This document shows, piece after piece, positions 36,658 through 45,832 of a stretch of DNA of 64,000 bases. Numbering within the stretch: position 1 is the stretch's first letter; every line of letters starts with the position of its first letter. The position numbers and the translations under genes are program-made. Below the pieces are notes generated by a model, which saw nothing but the letters and a program-made list of their open reading frames with translations, ran no database searches and had not been told where the DNA came from. The stretch is taken from positions 1-64,000 of the IMG/VR virus record IMGVR_UViG_3300037468_000575; one strand, given 5' to 3'. The DNA comes from a virus (Duplodnaviria; Heunggongvirae; Uroviricota; Caudoviricetes).

Positions 36658-37287
36658 TTATACAGACGTCTTCTTAAGAAGGCGTTTCTTCTCTTGTGCC
36701 GCTCTCATCGCTGATTTAATTTTTGATGCTATATCCGGGTTGGCCCAAGCGGCTTTCATAGCAGCTTTATGTTTTTGTCTAACTTCTGGTCTATTATGAA
36801 TTTCTTTCATCGTTGGTTTAACCGAAACTGGTGTAGCCGGGGAAGACGGAGCTTCTTCATCACCTTTATCGCCAGCTGGTTTTAGAAATTCCAGACTATC
36901 CCCTGATTCGATAATATAACTGTTGTCAACTTCTTCACCATTCACAATACCTAATGACATTCTGTCAATATTCAAGGCTTCTTTCAAAAGCTCAGCTACT
37001 GCACCAACGGTTTTACCACAAACGGAGAATTTATCAGAGCTTGCTCCACAAGAAACTTTAATTCTAGTTTCTGTTCGTTCTCCTGCTGGGGCATCACTAT
37101 CTATTACAGTAGTTCTGAATTGACCTTTGATTTGTTCAGGCATTGACTCTGATTCTTGAATACTTAAAATATTATCAATTACAACATCTTTTCTTTGTTT
37201 TGACATTCCTTTAATCCCTAGATTGCGACAGATATCTCTGAGACCATCTAAAGTAAAATCAATTAATTCTTGTTCTGTGTATTTCAT
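36658..37287 (-). CDS. HeH(SAP/Rho-N-like) + beta-grasp ThiS/MoaD-like Ubl fusion with basic C-terminal extension
   Basis: N-term LDGLRDICRNLGIKGMSKQRKDVVIDNIL; middle IKVSCG...GKTVGAVAELL...LGIVNGEEVDNSYIIESGDSLEFLKPAG (ThiS/MoaD pattern vNGe.v...l.dGD.l.fl.P.G); ~70-aa tail after the AG. Confidence 0.5.
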   Translation of the reverse strand: MKYTEQELIDFTLDGLRDICRNLGIKGMSKQRKDVVIDNILSIQESESMPEQIKGQFRTTVIDSDAPAGERTETRIKVSCGASSDKFSVCGKTVGAVAELLKEALNIDRMSLGIVNGEEVDNSYIIESGDSLEFLKPAGDKGDEEAPSSPATPVSVKPTMKEIHNRPEVRQKHKAAMKAAWANPDIASKIKSAMRAAQEKKRLLKKTSV

Positions 37288-37302
37288 AAAAAACCTCCAA
37301 AA

Positions 37303-37977
37303 TTACTTTACTCGTCGTTGTTTCGAATCAACAACCATTTTTCCGATATCGAAATAAACTTCAGATTTTTCGATATCTTGAAGAATCACTGCATTGTAAA
37401 ACAGCCAACACATTATAACGGCTGCGGTTACATTTGTAAATATTAATTGCGGCTCTGACAAAGCCAATTCTTCACACGATAATTCGTCTGGTGATTTATC
37501 TGTTGCATTTCTAATTTCTGGATGATAAGCACATAAATCTGGTGTTACATCTTTTCCCTCCTTCCTTATAAAAAGTTGGGCATTCCCATTAGTATAAAAA
37601 TTTCCTCCTGATATAAGCGTAATATTTTGTAGGGTTTTGCAATAGTCTGAAACGATTTTTCTGGTTTTATGATTATCAACACCCAGAAACACTATAGAAT
37701 CTTCCGTAATAAAGTTTAGGGTGTCTGAAGTCACATAGTGAGGAATTGCATCTATATTTATGTTCTTGAATTTCTGGATTAAATCTGCAACTTTGCTCTG
37801 AGCTTTATTACCAAGATTGTTAAAGCTTTGTCTACTAGAATTTTTTGGCTCATAAGCGTCCCCGTCAATCAAAACTAGGTCACAATTTTGAAATGCTGGC
37901 CATGAGTTTATATAACGAGCTATTAAGTCACTTAAGATACTTCCAATTCCTCCTAATCCTACGATAATAATCTTCAT
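37303..37977 (-). CDS. ThiF/MoeB/E1-like adenylyltransferase 1 (224 aa, minimal)
   Basis: MKIIIVGLGGIGS...LVLIDGDAYEPKNSSRQSF...GNKAQSKV. Confidence 0.6.
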   Translation of the reverse strand: MKIIIVGLGGIGSILSDLIARYINSWPAFQNCDLVLIDGDAYEPKNSSRQSFNNLGNKAQSKVADLIQKFKNINIDAIPHYVTSDTLNFITEDSIVFLGVDNHKTRKIVSDYCKTLQNITLISGGNFYTNGNAQLFIRKEGKDVTPDLCAYHPEIRNATDKSPDELSCEELALSEPQLIFTNVTAAVIMCWLFYNAVILQDIEKSEVYFDIGKMVVDSKQRRVK

Positions 37978-37980
37978 TTA

Positions 37981-38925
37981 TCAAGACTCCTCATTAGTTT
38001 TTACTGTTGTAAAAAAATCTTTTGATGGATCGGTTTGTGTTTCCAAATCATCTAAATCATTGTCCAAAACAAACTCTTCTAAATTATATGCTTTTATTAA
38101 ATCTTCTTCAAATCTTTTTTTACCATGATGAAAGACCTCGCATCCAAAACAAGGATGTGTGCTACTACTCTCATTACCATCTTCATCACCTAAGAATGCT
38201 GATAAATCGTATGAAGGAATTATAGATGAAGGAACATATTTAACTTTCTTATTAATTTTCCGAAGCCATTTTTTATTATATGGATGAGTCAAAGATGAAT
38301 CTATTTGATATTTATATTTCTTCTCTGCGTTAGTTGGTGTTGGTAGACTTTTTCTAATTATGCCATCAATATATTCTCCTGCATCAACAATAAATCTCTT
38401 TCCATTAATAACAATACTTGAAGAGATATCGAACATGGGTTGATCTATATGACCAACAGTAATATGTAATCCATCAAAATGTTGTTCATCTCTATCATCG
38501 ACATAGGAATGCCAGGCTGACATACTCCCATGACTATGAATTGTGCCTATTAATTGATAATTTGGAATCGTTTTTAAATTTTGATAAGATACCGCACCTC
38601 CACTTACTTGTTGATTTGGTATATATAGTTTATACCATTTTCTTTTTGAATTATAATATAGTAAGATAACTGCTTCTGCATGATATTTATTATAAATATC
38701 TTTACAGAAGTTAATAACCTTCGAAAATACTATCTTTGGAATTTTAGGAACGTTTAAACGCGCTTGTTCTGTTATATCATTTAATATAGAAATTTGATCA
38801 ACTTTGATAATACTATGAACTAAGTCAAATGTTTTTTTTAAAAAAATTCCATTTTTGGCAATGATATAATAGATATTATCTTGCGGAGGAGGTTGTTGTC
38901 CATCATTTATAAATATTTTAAACAT
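37981..38925 (-). CDS. JAB/MPN (JAMM) metallopeptidase domain protein (314 aa)
   Basis: GTIHSHGSMSAWHSYVDD = H-x-H-x7-S-x2-D with upstream Glu (HAEAV). Confidence 0.55.
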   Translation of the reverse strand: MFKIFINDGQQPPPQDNIYYIIAKNGIFLKKTFDLVHSIIKVDQISILNDITEQARLNVPKIPKIVFSKVINFCKDIYNKYHAEAVILLYYNSKRKWYKLYIPNQQVSGGAVSYQNLKTIPNYQLIGTIHSHGSMSAWHSYVDDRDEQHFDGLHITVGHIDQPMFDISSSIVINGKRFIVDAGEYIDGIIRKSLPTPTNAEKKYKYQIDSSLTHPYNKKWLRKINKKVKYVPSSIIPSYDLSAFLGDEDGNESSSTHPCFGCEVFHHGKKRFEEDLIKAYNLEEFVLDNDLDDLETQTDPSKDFFTTVKTNEES

Positions 38926-41366
38926 TAATCAAATATCCTTTTATCAAATTTAAAGTTAAATTTTCCATTAGTATTAAAAATTATATTATCATTTCCATGT
39001 ATAAACCCGTTTATCCATGTATTGTAACTATTAGATTCTTCTACTCGTGGATAAAGAAACCCAACTCTGGCTGTCTTTACTTTTGTCGTCAACGCAACTC
39101 CATTCCGCAATCGATAAATATTTAAATTAAAGAGTCGAAGACCAGAATAGTTTATATGATATAATAAAATCTGAGTCCCATCAAATTTCGATAATTCTTC
39201 GAACATATCGAGTTGTTGAGCTTTAATTTTTACGATATCTGGATTTTCAACATTAGTATTAGGTACAATATTAAAGTTCTCTTCTACTTGAAATGGCCAT
39301 AATGTACAACAATTCGACATTAAGACCAGTGGAAATTTTGTGAAATTACATCCAATAAAACCTATAATTCTATAATTTGCTCTTCTTGGAAAACAAGAAA
39401 TACCCACTGTTTTTGGTTTGATTACCATTCCTGCTTTTAAATTCTTATATTCAGTTTCGATATGTTTAAAAGAAGAACATAAAATTTTGTCTCCGATAAC
39501 AATTGGATCTTGTCTTATCGACTCTCCATCTGTAGTTTCAACTAACACTCGCTTTTCTTCATCATTAACTATAAAGTTTGTAATTGATCGTCTCTTTATC
39601 ATTTCATTTGGTTCATTCCAACATGCGACCACTATTCTATCACCAATGTTTAATGCTGCTGTTCCCGGAAACCTAATTTCATTTGGTGTAACAAACTGCT
39701 TAATCTCTTCAAATGAAGCTGATTCAACCTGATTATAATTCAAGCAATATATTCGATCATTATAATACAAAAACCCATCTTGAAGTTTAGCTAAGTGATC
39801 ATAGGCAAGTGTAAATGAAGTGATATCCTTGCTAAGATCAGTATAAGGCAATAAAATATCTTTGGTTATCTGTGTGAGCTCTATACGTTTGACTACTCTA
39901 GTAAGATTAACTGGGGATGTAAATTCAATATATATCTGATCATATTGATGAACAATTTGTTTACAAACGACAAGCTCACAACTCCCCATCATTCCGTGTT
40001 CTAATCCATGTAAGAAATAATATTTTTCTCCTGTAACTATTGAAGTCCCATGAATATTTATTTTATTTTTATCAAATTTTTGGATTTTTATATGATCTAC
40101 TATATATCTTTTTCCATTTGCTAGTTGAAATAAGATCCTACCAGTTCGATCCTTTATAATAGTATCGATTACAGAATGAATTTTCCCCAAAAATTGAAAC
40201 TCGAGAACTACTATATCTCCAACAGAATATGTTTCTCCTTTGATTTCCACAGACGGTGGGCATTGATTCTCCTTGAGTTTCCTTACTAATTTATGTCTTA
40301 GGTTATGGCTATCTAGAACCTGATAAGTTTTTCCGTTACTATCTTCGAATACAATATAGCCTATTCCGGAAACTGACAGAAAATCTTTAATATAAAGTTC
40401 TTTTTTATGTAGTGTTACTTTATCACCGATAGATAAACAAAAGCTATCAATTATGATACTATCAATCCAATTGGTAAACGCTACAATTGGTGTTCTTTTT
40501 TTACTCACTAAATGTGGCGAGTTTATCATATTAACCATGGTTTCAAATGATCTCAACGAGGGATTATATAGGTGCTGCTCGTTTTCGATTTGATCAATTC
40601 GCTCCCCAAGATCTGTCTTTACATCTTCCCAAGCCACATTAAAAACAAACTGAGAATCTTTAACTGAATAATATTGCCATTGCAAAAAATCAGAAACAAA
40701 TTCTGTATTTTGATAAGCCAAATAATTACTTGGTAAATCTTTGTTAAATACTGATGACCAGAAATGATCAAAATATTCGTCAATCATGTCCGGAATAGAT
40801 GTTGATTTTATGTGATACGATCCCGGGCATACTTTTTGAGCCTCATCAATATTTGGTAAGTTTGACTTTAGTAAATAATCAAATGTACTTTTTAACGGAG
40901 ATAAGCGATAAAACAATGAATGAGAGATCGTTGGATCAAGAGACGGTGTTAAAGTTAAGACAAGAACATGCACAATATATGGAAAGGATACTCGAAAGGT
41001 ATATGGAACACCTATTGGCTTTAATACAAAATCTTTATAGCCAAATTCTTCAAGTTTTCCTTCTGTTTTAAGTCGTTCTACAGAAGATTCCATTGATAAA
41101 TTTACTCGAAGTGTTCTTGTTGTTGGCTTATCTTCAAGAACAAAGAGAAATCGTTGGGATTCTACCTCGTCATTATATTGTTTGACAAACCTACAATTTT
41201 TTGGAAGAATGAACGGACTAGAATTTAAGTTGAATCCATGTGACAATTTTTCAAGAAATGAAGATGTTAAAGTTGTTTTCTCATGAATTACGGATTCACT
41301 AGCAAGTTCATCAATTGTGGTATATGTATATTCTGGATCGATTCGAATAACTTTTTTTATACCCAC
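38925..41366 (-). CDS. large hypothetical protein (813 aa)
   Basis: Long ORF; no motif recognised. Confidence 0.6.
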   Translation of the reverse strand: MGIKKVIRIDPEYTYTTIDELASESVIHEKTTLTSSFLEKLSHGFNLNSSPFILPKNCRFVKQYNDEVESQRFLFVLEDKPTTRTLRVNLSMESSVERLKTEGKLEEFGYKDFVLKPIGVPYTFRVSFPYIVHVLVLTLTPSLDPTISHSLFYRLSPLKSTFDYLLKSNLPNIDEAQKVCPGSYHIKSTSIPDMIDEYFDHFWSSVFNKDLPSNYLAYQNTEFVSDFLQWQYYSVKDSQFVFNVAWEDVKTDLGERIDQIENEQHLYNPSLRSFETMVNMINSPHLVSKKRTPIVAFTNWIDSIIIDSFCLSIGDKVTLHKKELYIKDFLSVSGIGYIVFEDSNGKTYQVLDSHNLRHKLVRKLKENQCPPSVEIKGETYSVGDIVVLEFQFLGKIHSVIDTIIKDRTGRILFQLANGKRYIVDHIKIQKFDKNKINIHGTSIVTGEKYYFLHGLEHGMMGSCELVVCKQIVHQYDQIYIEFTSPVNLTRVVKRIELTQITKDILLPYTDLSKDITSFTLAYDHLAKLQDGFLYYNDRIYCLNYNQVESASFEEIKQFVTPNEIRFPGTAALNIGDRIVVACWNEPNEMIKRRSITNFIVNDEEKRVLVETTDGESIRQDPIVIGDKILCSSFKHIETEYKNLKAGMVIKPKTVGISCFPRRANYRIIGFIGCNFTKFPLVLMSNCCTLWPFQVEENFNIVPNTNVENPDIVKIKAQQLDMFEELSKFDGTQILLYHINYSGLRLFNLNIYRLRNGVALTTKVKTARVGFLYPRVEESNSYNTWINGFIHGNDNIIFNTNGKFNFKFDKRIFD

Positions 41367-41368
41367 GT

Positions 41369-41674
41369 TTATCCTCGTTTTTTCAAATATTGTTTATTCT
41401 TTGTTTTTAACCATTCAACATTCTTAAATGGAATGGATCGCCATTCCACTTTATCTAGATCAAAAATATGAACGATTCCACTTGTTTTGACCAGCTTAAG
41501 AACCTTGGCAAAATTAAAATCTTTTGGATGGTGTTCTTTAGGAATTCTTTTAAAATTTAAAGTTGCATTCATAATTCTTTCTGTTCCATCTTTTTTTATA
41601 AATTTTACTGTTACAATATCGTTACTGATAATTTTCTCCCAAAAGTCAATGATATCATCAATTAAATCAGTCAT
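41369..41674 (-). CDS. hypothetical protein (101 aa)
   Basis: ORF overlapping gmd start. Confidence 0.45.
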   Translation of the reverse strand: MTDLIDDIIDFWEKIISNDIVTVKFIKKDGTERIMNATLNFKRIPKEHHPKDFNFAKVLKLVKTSGIVHIFDLDKVEWRSIPFKNVEWLKTKNKQYLKKRG

Positions 41675-42650
41675 ACTTCTTTCCTCCCATTTCAGTTTGT
41701 ACCATTAGCAATATTAATTCTAGAAAATCAATTCTTGGTTTCCACCCCAACCTTTCTTTTGCCTTAGTTGCGTCACCACAAGAACGGTGTATATCCAGAG
41801 GACGATATAAGTTTTTATCAATAATAACATATTTTTGATAGTTTAAGTTCACCAATTGGAATGCAAGATTTACAAACTCTCGAACACTATGTGTTTCTCC
41901 AGTTGCAATAACATAATCATCTGCCTTAGATTGTTGAAGCATTAACCACATAGCTAGTACATAATCTTTGGCGTAACCCCAATCTCTTTCCGCTTGTAAA
42001 TTTCCCAAATGTACATTTGTTTGAGATCCTTTTTTAATGTTAACTACTGATTGAACAATTTTCTTACTTAGAAATTGTTCAGCTCGACGCGGTGATTCAT
42101 GATTAAAAAGAATTCCGCAACAAATAAACATACCCAATTGTCTATAATATTTTGCTAAGTGAAAACCTGTAACTTTAGAAATTCCGTATGGAGATACAGG
42201 ATTAAATGGAGTCAATTCCGTTTGCAGAAGTTGTGTACTTCGACCAAACATTTCACTGGATGCAGCAAAATATACTTTACAGTGTGGGCATACTTGATGT
42301 AAAATAGACAAAATATTATATGTTCCATTTATATTCGTATACATGGTTTCTTGTTCATACTTAAATGAATCTTCAACACCACTATTCGCAGCTAAATGAT
42401 AACATTCATCTGGATTTACCTCTGCAATTATCTTACGTAATGTATGATAATCTTCTATGGATGAAAAATGAAGATGTATCTGTTCTAATATATTAGAAAT
42501 TCTATAATAACGTTCATTTGTTAATAGTGCTATACTAGGTCTTATAATTCCATGAACAATATACTCTTTAGATAAGAGAAGTTCAGCTAAGTAACTTCCA
42601 TCTTGCCCGGTAATTCCTGTAATTAGAACTACTTTAGAATTTTCGGACAT
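41667..42650 (-). CDS. gmd: GDP-mannose 4,6-dehydratase
   Basis: VLITGITGQDGSYLAELLL, SPYGISK (YxxxK), GILFNHESPRR, ERDWGYAKDYV, DYVIATGETHSVREFV, LGWKP; near-colinear with E. coli Gmd. Confidence 0.9.
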   Translation of the reverse strand: MSENSKVVLITGITGQDGSYLAELLLSKEYIVHGIIRPSIALLTNERYYRISNILEQIHLHFSSIEDYHTLRKIIAEVNPDECYHLAANSGVEDSFKYEQETMYTNINGTYNILSILHQVCPHCKVYFAASSEMFGRSTQLLQTELTPFNPVSPYGISKVTGFHLAKYYRQLGMFICCGILFNHESPRRAEQFLSKKIVQSVVNIKKGSQTNVHLGNLQAERDWGYAKDYVLAMWLMLQQSKADDYVIATGETHSVREFVNLAFQLVNLNYQKYVIIDKNLYRPLDIHRSCGDATKAKERLGWKPRIDFLELILLMVQTEMGGKKYD

Positions 42651-42781
42651 TATATTTTATGACCTTCTTTATCTCTAATACATCAAGTAACAATGTTCTT
42701 TTATGGGCTTTTTGTGTCCTTTCTTTTCTATGGATAGCATCAATAAAATCATCCATAATTCTATCCTCCTATTTTAAACTT

Positions 42782-43039
42782 TTAAACGTATCTTAATTTA
42801 GATAATGTTTTTTGAATACTTCTATCCAGTGGTATCCAATGCGTAACGTCATCAGTTAAAAATCCTTTACAACAAGTAAACATAAGTTTACCAAACATTT
42901 TATTTTTTCCTTTGAGATGATGACATTTCATAATATCAATACCAGTAAGATTATGATAAGTTATAACTATTTCTCCATTTTTTGGTTCTTGATCTAAAAT
43001 GGATATCCATTTTGGTGGAATAATTTTTGTTATTGGCAT
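42782..43039 (-). CDS. hypothetical protein (85 aa)
   Basis: ORF. Confidence 0.4.
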   Translation of the reverse strand: MPITKIIPPKWISILDQEPKNGEIVITYHNLTGIDIMKCHHLKGKNKMFGKLMFTCCKGFLTDDVTHWIPLDRSIQKTLSKLRYV

Positions 43040-43273
43040 TTATACTCCCATATGTTTAGAATGTAATGTATCACTTATTACTGTTTTTGCATGAGCTGCT
43101 CGAGTAATTTGGTTCAGATGTTTAATTACTGTTATTACATGAGCTGCTTGAGTAATTTGGTTCACATGTTTAGATTCTAAAGGATGACTTTGCCCACAAA
43201 TTTGACCATCCTTATCTTTATGTTGATGCATAAGTTGTTTCTCTGGAAGGTGTTTTTTATGTTTTTGTTTCAC
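43040..43273 (-). CDS. small His/Lys-rich protein with internal 16-aa duplication
   Basis: Contains a 48-bp tandem direct repeat (HVNQITQAAHVITVIK / HLNQITRAAHAKTVI). Confidence 0.4.
   Translation of the reverse strand: MKQKHKKHLPEKQLMHQHKDKDGQICGQSHPLESKHVNQITQAAHVITVIKHLNQITRAAHAKTVISDTLHSKHMGV
43090..43185. repeat. 48-bp tandem direct repeat (2 copies, first 37 nt near-identical)
   Basis: CATGAGCTGCT(C/T)GAGTAATTTGGTTCA(G/C)ATGTTTA... Confidence 0.7.
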
Positions 43274-44319
43274 TAGACTTTTTCCTTTCTAATCTCTTTA
43301 TGAATTAATTCATCAGTTATGATTAAACTATCCTTAATCATTTGACTCATTATAACACAAGTCCAATTACACCCGTTGCAATAATTTATCTTATCAATAG
43401 CTTGATAATGACGTAAACGTTTATTTAATATATAATCATCACCCATAAATAAATTTCGAAGAGTGAAAGAAGATGGGGTTTTGATACCTCTAATCCGTAA
43501 ACAAAGTCTGATTGTTCCATCTGCATCCACTGTTAAGTTATGAAGATCTTCTTCTAACTTACAATCTATTTTAGATGGAAGAATATTATAAATTTCCATC
43601 ATAAAATTTTTATCTAAGTGGACATTTAATTTAGATTCATATATATTTAATAACATCTGTTTTAACTCTTCTGTAGGTAGAACTAATTGGCTTGAATCGT
43701 GTACATTCGAGAAATCATAAAATTCATTGTGAGCTATATCCACAAATGTGATATCACTACTAATACCTTCATTTGTTAAATCTTTAACGAGTCGATATAG
43801 ATACTGCACATTATCAGATGAAACTGTTATTTCCGCAACTAAATCTTTAACATACTTTTTCATTTCCACTAATCTTTTAAACCCTTCATGTGTTTTCTTT
43901 ACCCGATCATCAGTTGAACTTTGGCTACTATATAATAAGGGATCAACTGACGACGTTAACCCAGAAACTACTTTAACTTTATCAAACAATTTTTTAATTA
44001 ACGGTTGAATTTCTTGTGTATTATTTGTAATGATTGTATAATGAATGTCAGAGTCATTACAAAATCTAATAATTTGATGTAAATCTTTTCTCAAGAAAGG
44101 CTCCCCACCATAGAATATATGAAACATATTTGGATTATGTTGGAGCATTTCATATAATCCAGATAGAATCATTTTCGTATCCATTTCTTTTGCAGTATAA
44201 TCACCTACCAATGGATACTCAGTCTTTGGAGATGGGTCTTTTGTAATTCCGCAATAAGAACATTGCAGATTACATCTTCTAGTTAGAAGCCAACTTACTA
44301 TATGGATTTTATCTTTCAT
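43273..44319 (-). CDS. radical SAM enzyme with C-terminal Cys cluster (SPASM/twitch-like?)
   Basis: CNLQCSYC (CX3CX2C), FYGGEPFL; C-terminal C...C...NYCNGCNWTC; 348 aa. Confidence 0.75.
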   Translation of the reverse strand: MKDKIHIVSWLLTRRCNLQCSYCGITKDPSPKTEYPLVGDYTAKEMDTKMILSGLYEMLQHNPNMFHIFYGGEPFLRKDLHQIIRFCNDSDIHYTIITNNTQEIQPLIKKLFDKVKVVSGLTSSVDPLLYSSQSSTDDRVKKTHEGFKRLVEMKKYVKDLVAEITVSSDNVQYLYRLVKDLTNEGISSDITFVDIAHNEFYDFSNVHDSSQLVLPTEELKQMLLNIYESKLNVHLDKNFMMEIYNILPSKIDCKLEEDLHNLTVDADGTIRLCLRIRGIKTPSSFTLRNLFMGDDYILNKRLRHYQAIDKINYCNGCNWTCVIMSQMIKDSLIITDELIHKEIRKEKV

Positions 44320-44335
44320 TTTGTCTCCCTATGGT

Positions 44336-44599
44336 TTATTTCTCTACGTAATCTTGTGTAATATATATTATCGGTTTCTGAAACATTTGATAAATTTGTT
44401 TCCAGTAGCTTTTTTGGTGCGTATATATAAAGCGACCGGCGTAAAAATATAGAGTAGAACAATTTATAGTTGTCGTTCCTTTATTCATACATATTGGCAA
44501 TACTAGACATTCCTTACAAGGAATATTTCGTCTTTTACGACGTACCTGATTACTATATTTCATTTTGGATCTACTTCCTCTAAAAACCAACTCTTCCAT
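44336..44599 (-). CDS. basic Cys-rich small protein (distant relative of the CPCxxCL family)
   Basis: RRKRRNIPCKECLVLPICMN...INC; paralogue of 44889..45116. Confidence 0.4.
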   Translation of the reverse strand: MEELVFRGSRSKMKYSNQVRRKRRNIPCKECLVLPICMNKGTTTINCSTLYFYAGRFIYTHQKSYWKQIYQMFQKPIIYITQDYVEK

Positions 44600-44922
44600 G
44601 AGTGACCAAATGCTTTATCCATCGCTACTTGTTTTGTCATTTTTGGAATTGCTTTTATTTTTTTAAAGGTGATACCTTCAATTCGTTTGATATATCCACA
44701 GTCCTCTAATATGGTTCTATATTTATATATCGTATTTTTACGATCTTTTTCATTCAGGCCTATGTTTGTATAGATTTCACTTATCTTAAATTCTTCACCA
44801 ATCTGTTTCTCTCTAAAATAGGATAAGAATAATGTCCATATTGGATATGGTATTCTTCTAGGTTTGTTATATCGTTTATTTAGTGAATTCATAAATATCC
44901 TTGTGAGTGATGATCTGGACAA
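44560..44922 (-). CDS. hypothetical protein, 'WKSWF' family member 1
   Basis: C-terminal HSWKSWFLEEVDPK shared with 45518..45829 (RWKSWFVEDEDAL). Confidence 0.45.
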   Translation of the reverse strand: MSRSSLTRIFMNSLNKRYNKPRRIPYPIWTLFLSYFREKQIGEEFKISEIYTNIGLNEKDRKNTIYKYRTILEDCGYIKRIEGITFKKIKAIPKMTKQVAMDKAFGHSWKSWFLEEVDPK

Positions 44923-45116
44923 ATATATGTAACTCTCTTATTAAACATTTTATCAATTCGTTTCCACAATCTATTATTGGGTATCTTATATTGATATAGA
45001 ATAGAACAAACGATTGATGTTTTTACTTCATTAATGCATATTGCGTATGATATGCATTCGTCACAAGGAATAATTCGTTTTTTACGCCTTGCGTGATTAC
45101 TATATTTCATTTCCAA
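44889..45116 (-). CDS. basic Cys-rich small protein (paralogue of 44336..44599)
   Basis: RRKKRIIPCDECISYAICIN...IVC. Confidence 0.4.
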   Translation of the reverse strand: MEMKYSNHARRKKRIIPCDECISYAICINEVKTSIVCSILYQYKIPNNRLWKRIDKMFNKRVTYICPDHHSQGYL

Positions 45117-45475
45117 TCAGCTAGAATCATTGATGGAAGAGACTTTGCATCTATAAATCCAACATCATAGGCTGCTACTTTACATATCAATACTGTTGAT
45201 ATATGTTCATGACTGATCTTTTCTGGTTTTGATACTGCCCATTTATATTGATAATATGCACCATAGTTTTCACTCAATTTAGTTCCATACTTCTTATTTA
45301 CTTTCTTCGAAAAATCTCTACAAAATTTAATAACTTCTTTTGTTTCTGGAGGATTATTTGGATTGTATTCTCCAAACTTCGTTAGAAGACTAAAGAATAA
45401 ATGCTTTCTTAACTCCAATCCCCATTTTTTCCAATGTGACTCTTTATTGTTTTTCATGTTTTCAACTCCTTTCAT
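45107..45475 (-). CDS. hypothetical protein (122 aa)
   Basis: ORF. Confidence 0.45.
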   Translation of the reverse strand: MKGVENMKNNKESHWKKWGLELRKHLFFSLLTKFGEYNPNNPPETKEVIKFCRDFSKKVNKKYGTKLSENYGAYYQYKWAVSKPEKISHEHISTVLICKVAAYDVGFIDAKSLPSMILADWK

Positions 45476-45517
45476 TTCTTTGTTGAATAACCTTTGTACG
45501 ATTTCATAATTTTCCTT

Positions 45518-45829
45518 TCATAACGCATCCTCATCTTCGACAAACCAACTCTTCCACCTTTCAACATAGGCTCGATTTTTACATTCTCTTAAACTTATGA
45601 GAGGAATTGGTTTAGTTTTTCGATATTGTCCTCTCGTAATATAAGATAAATAACCAGAATGCAGTAAGATTGCTCTATATGAATCGAGAGTATTATATGT
45701 CGATAGGGACGTACGTATTCCCATGACTTTTAGTACTTCTTGTCTTGTGATTATATCACCAACTTGTCTAGATCTTAACCATAGAACTAATTTATTCCAT
45801 AATGGGGTTTCTCTAAGTTGTTGCATCAT
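45518..45829 (-). CDS. hypothetical protein, 'WKSWF' family member 2
   Basis: See 44560..44922. Confidence 0.45.
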   Translation of the reverse strand: MMQQLRETPLWNKLVLWLRSRQVGDIITRQEVLKVMGIRTSLSTYNTLDSYRAILLHSGYLSYITRGQYRKTKPIPLISLRECKNRAYVERWKSWFVEDEDAL

Positions 45830-45832
45830 TTT

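Noticed and set aside
43273-44319. Calling the radical SAM enzyme QueE (7-carboxy-7-deazaguanine synthase)
   Set aside because: At 348 aa it is ~100 aa longer than QueE and has an extra C-terminal Cys cluster. The CX3CX2C motif alone is generic to the superfamily.
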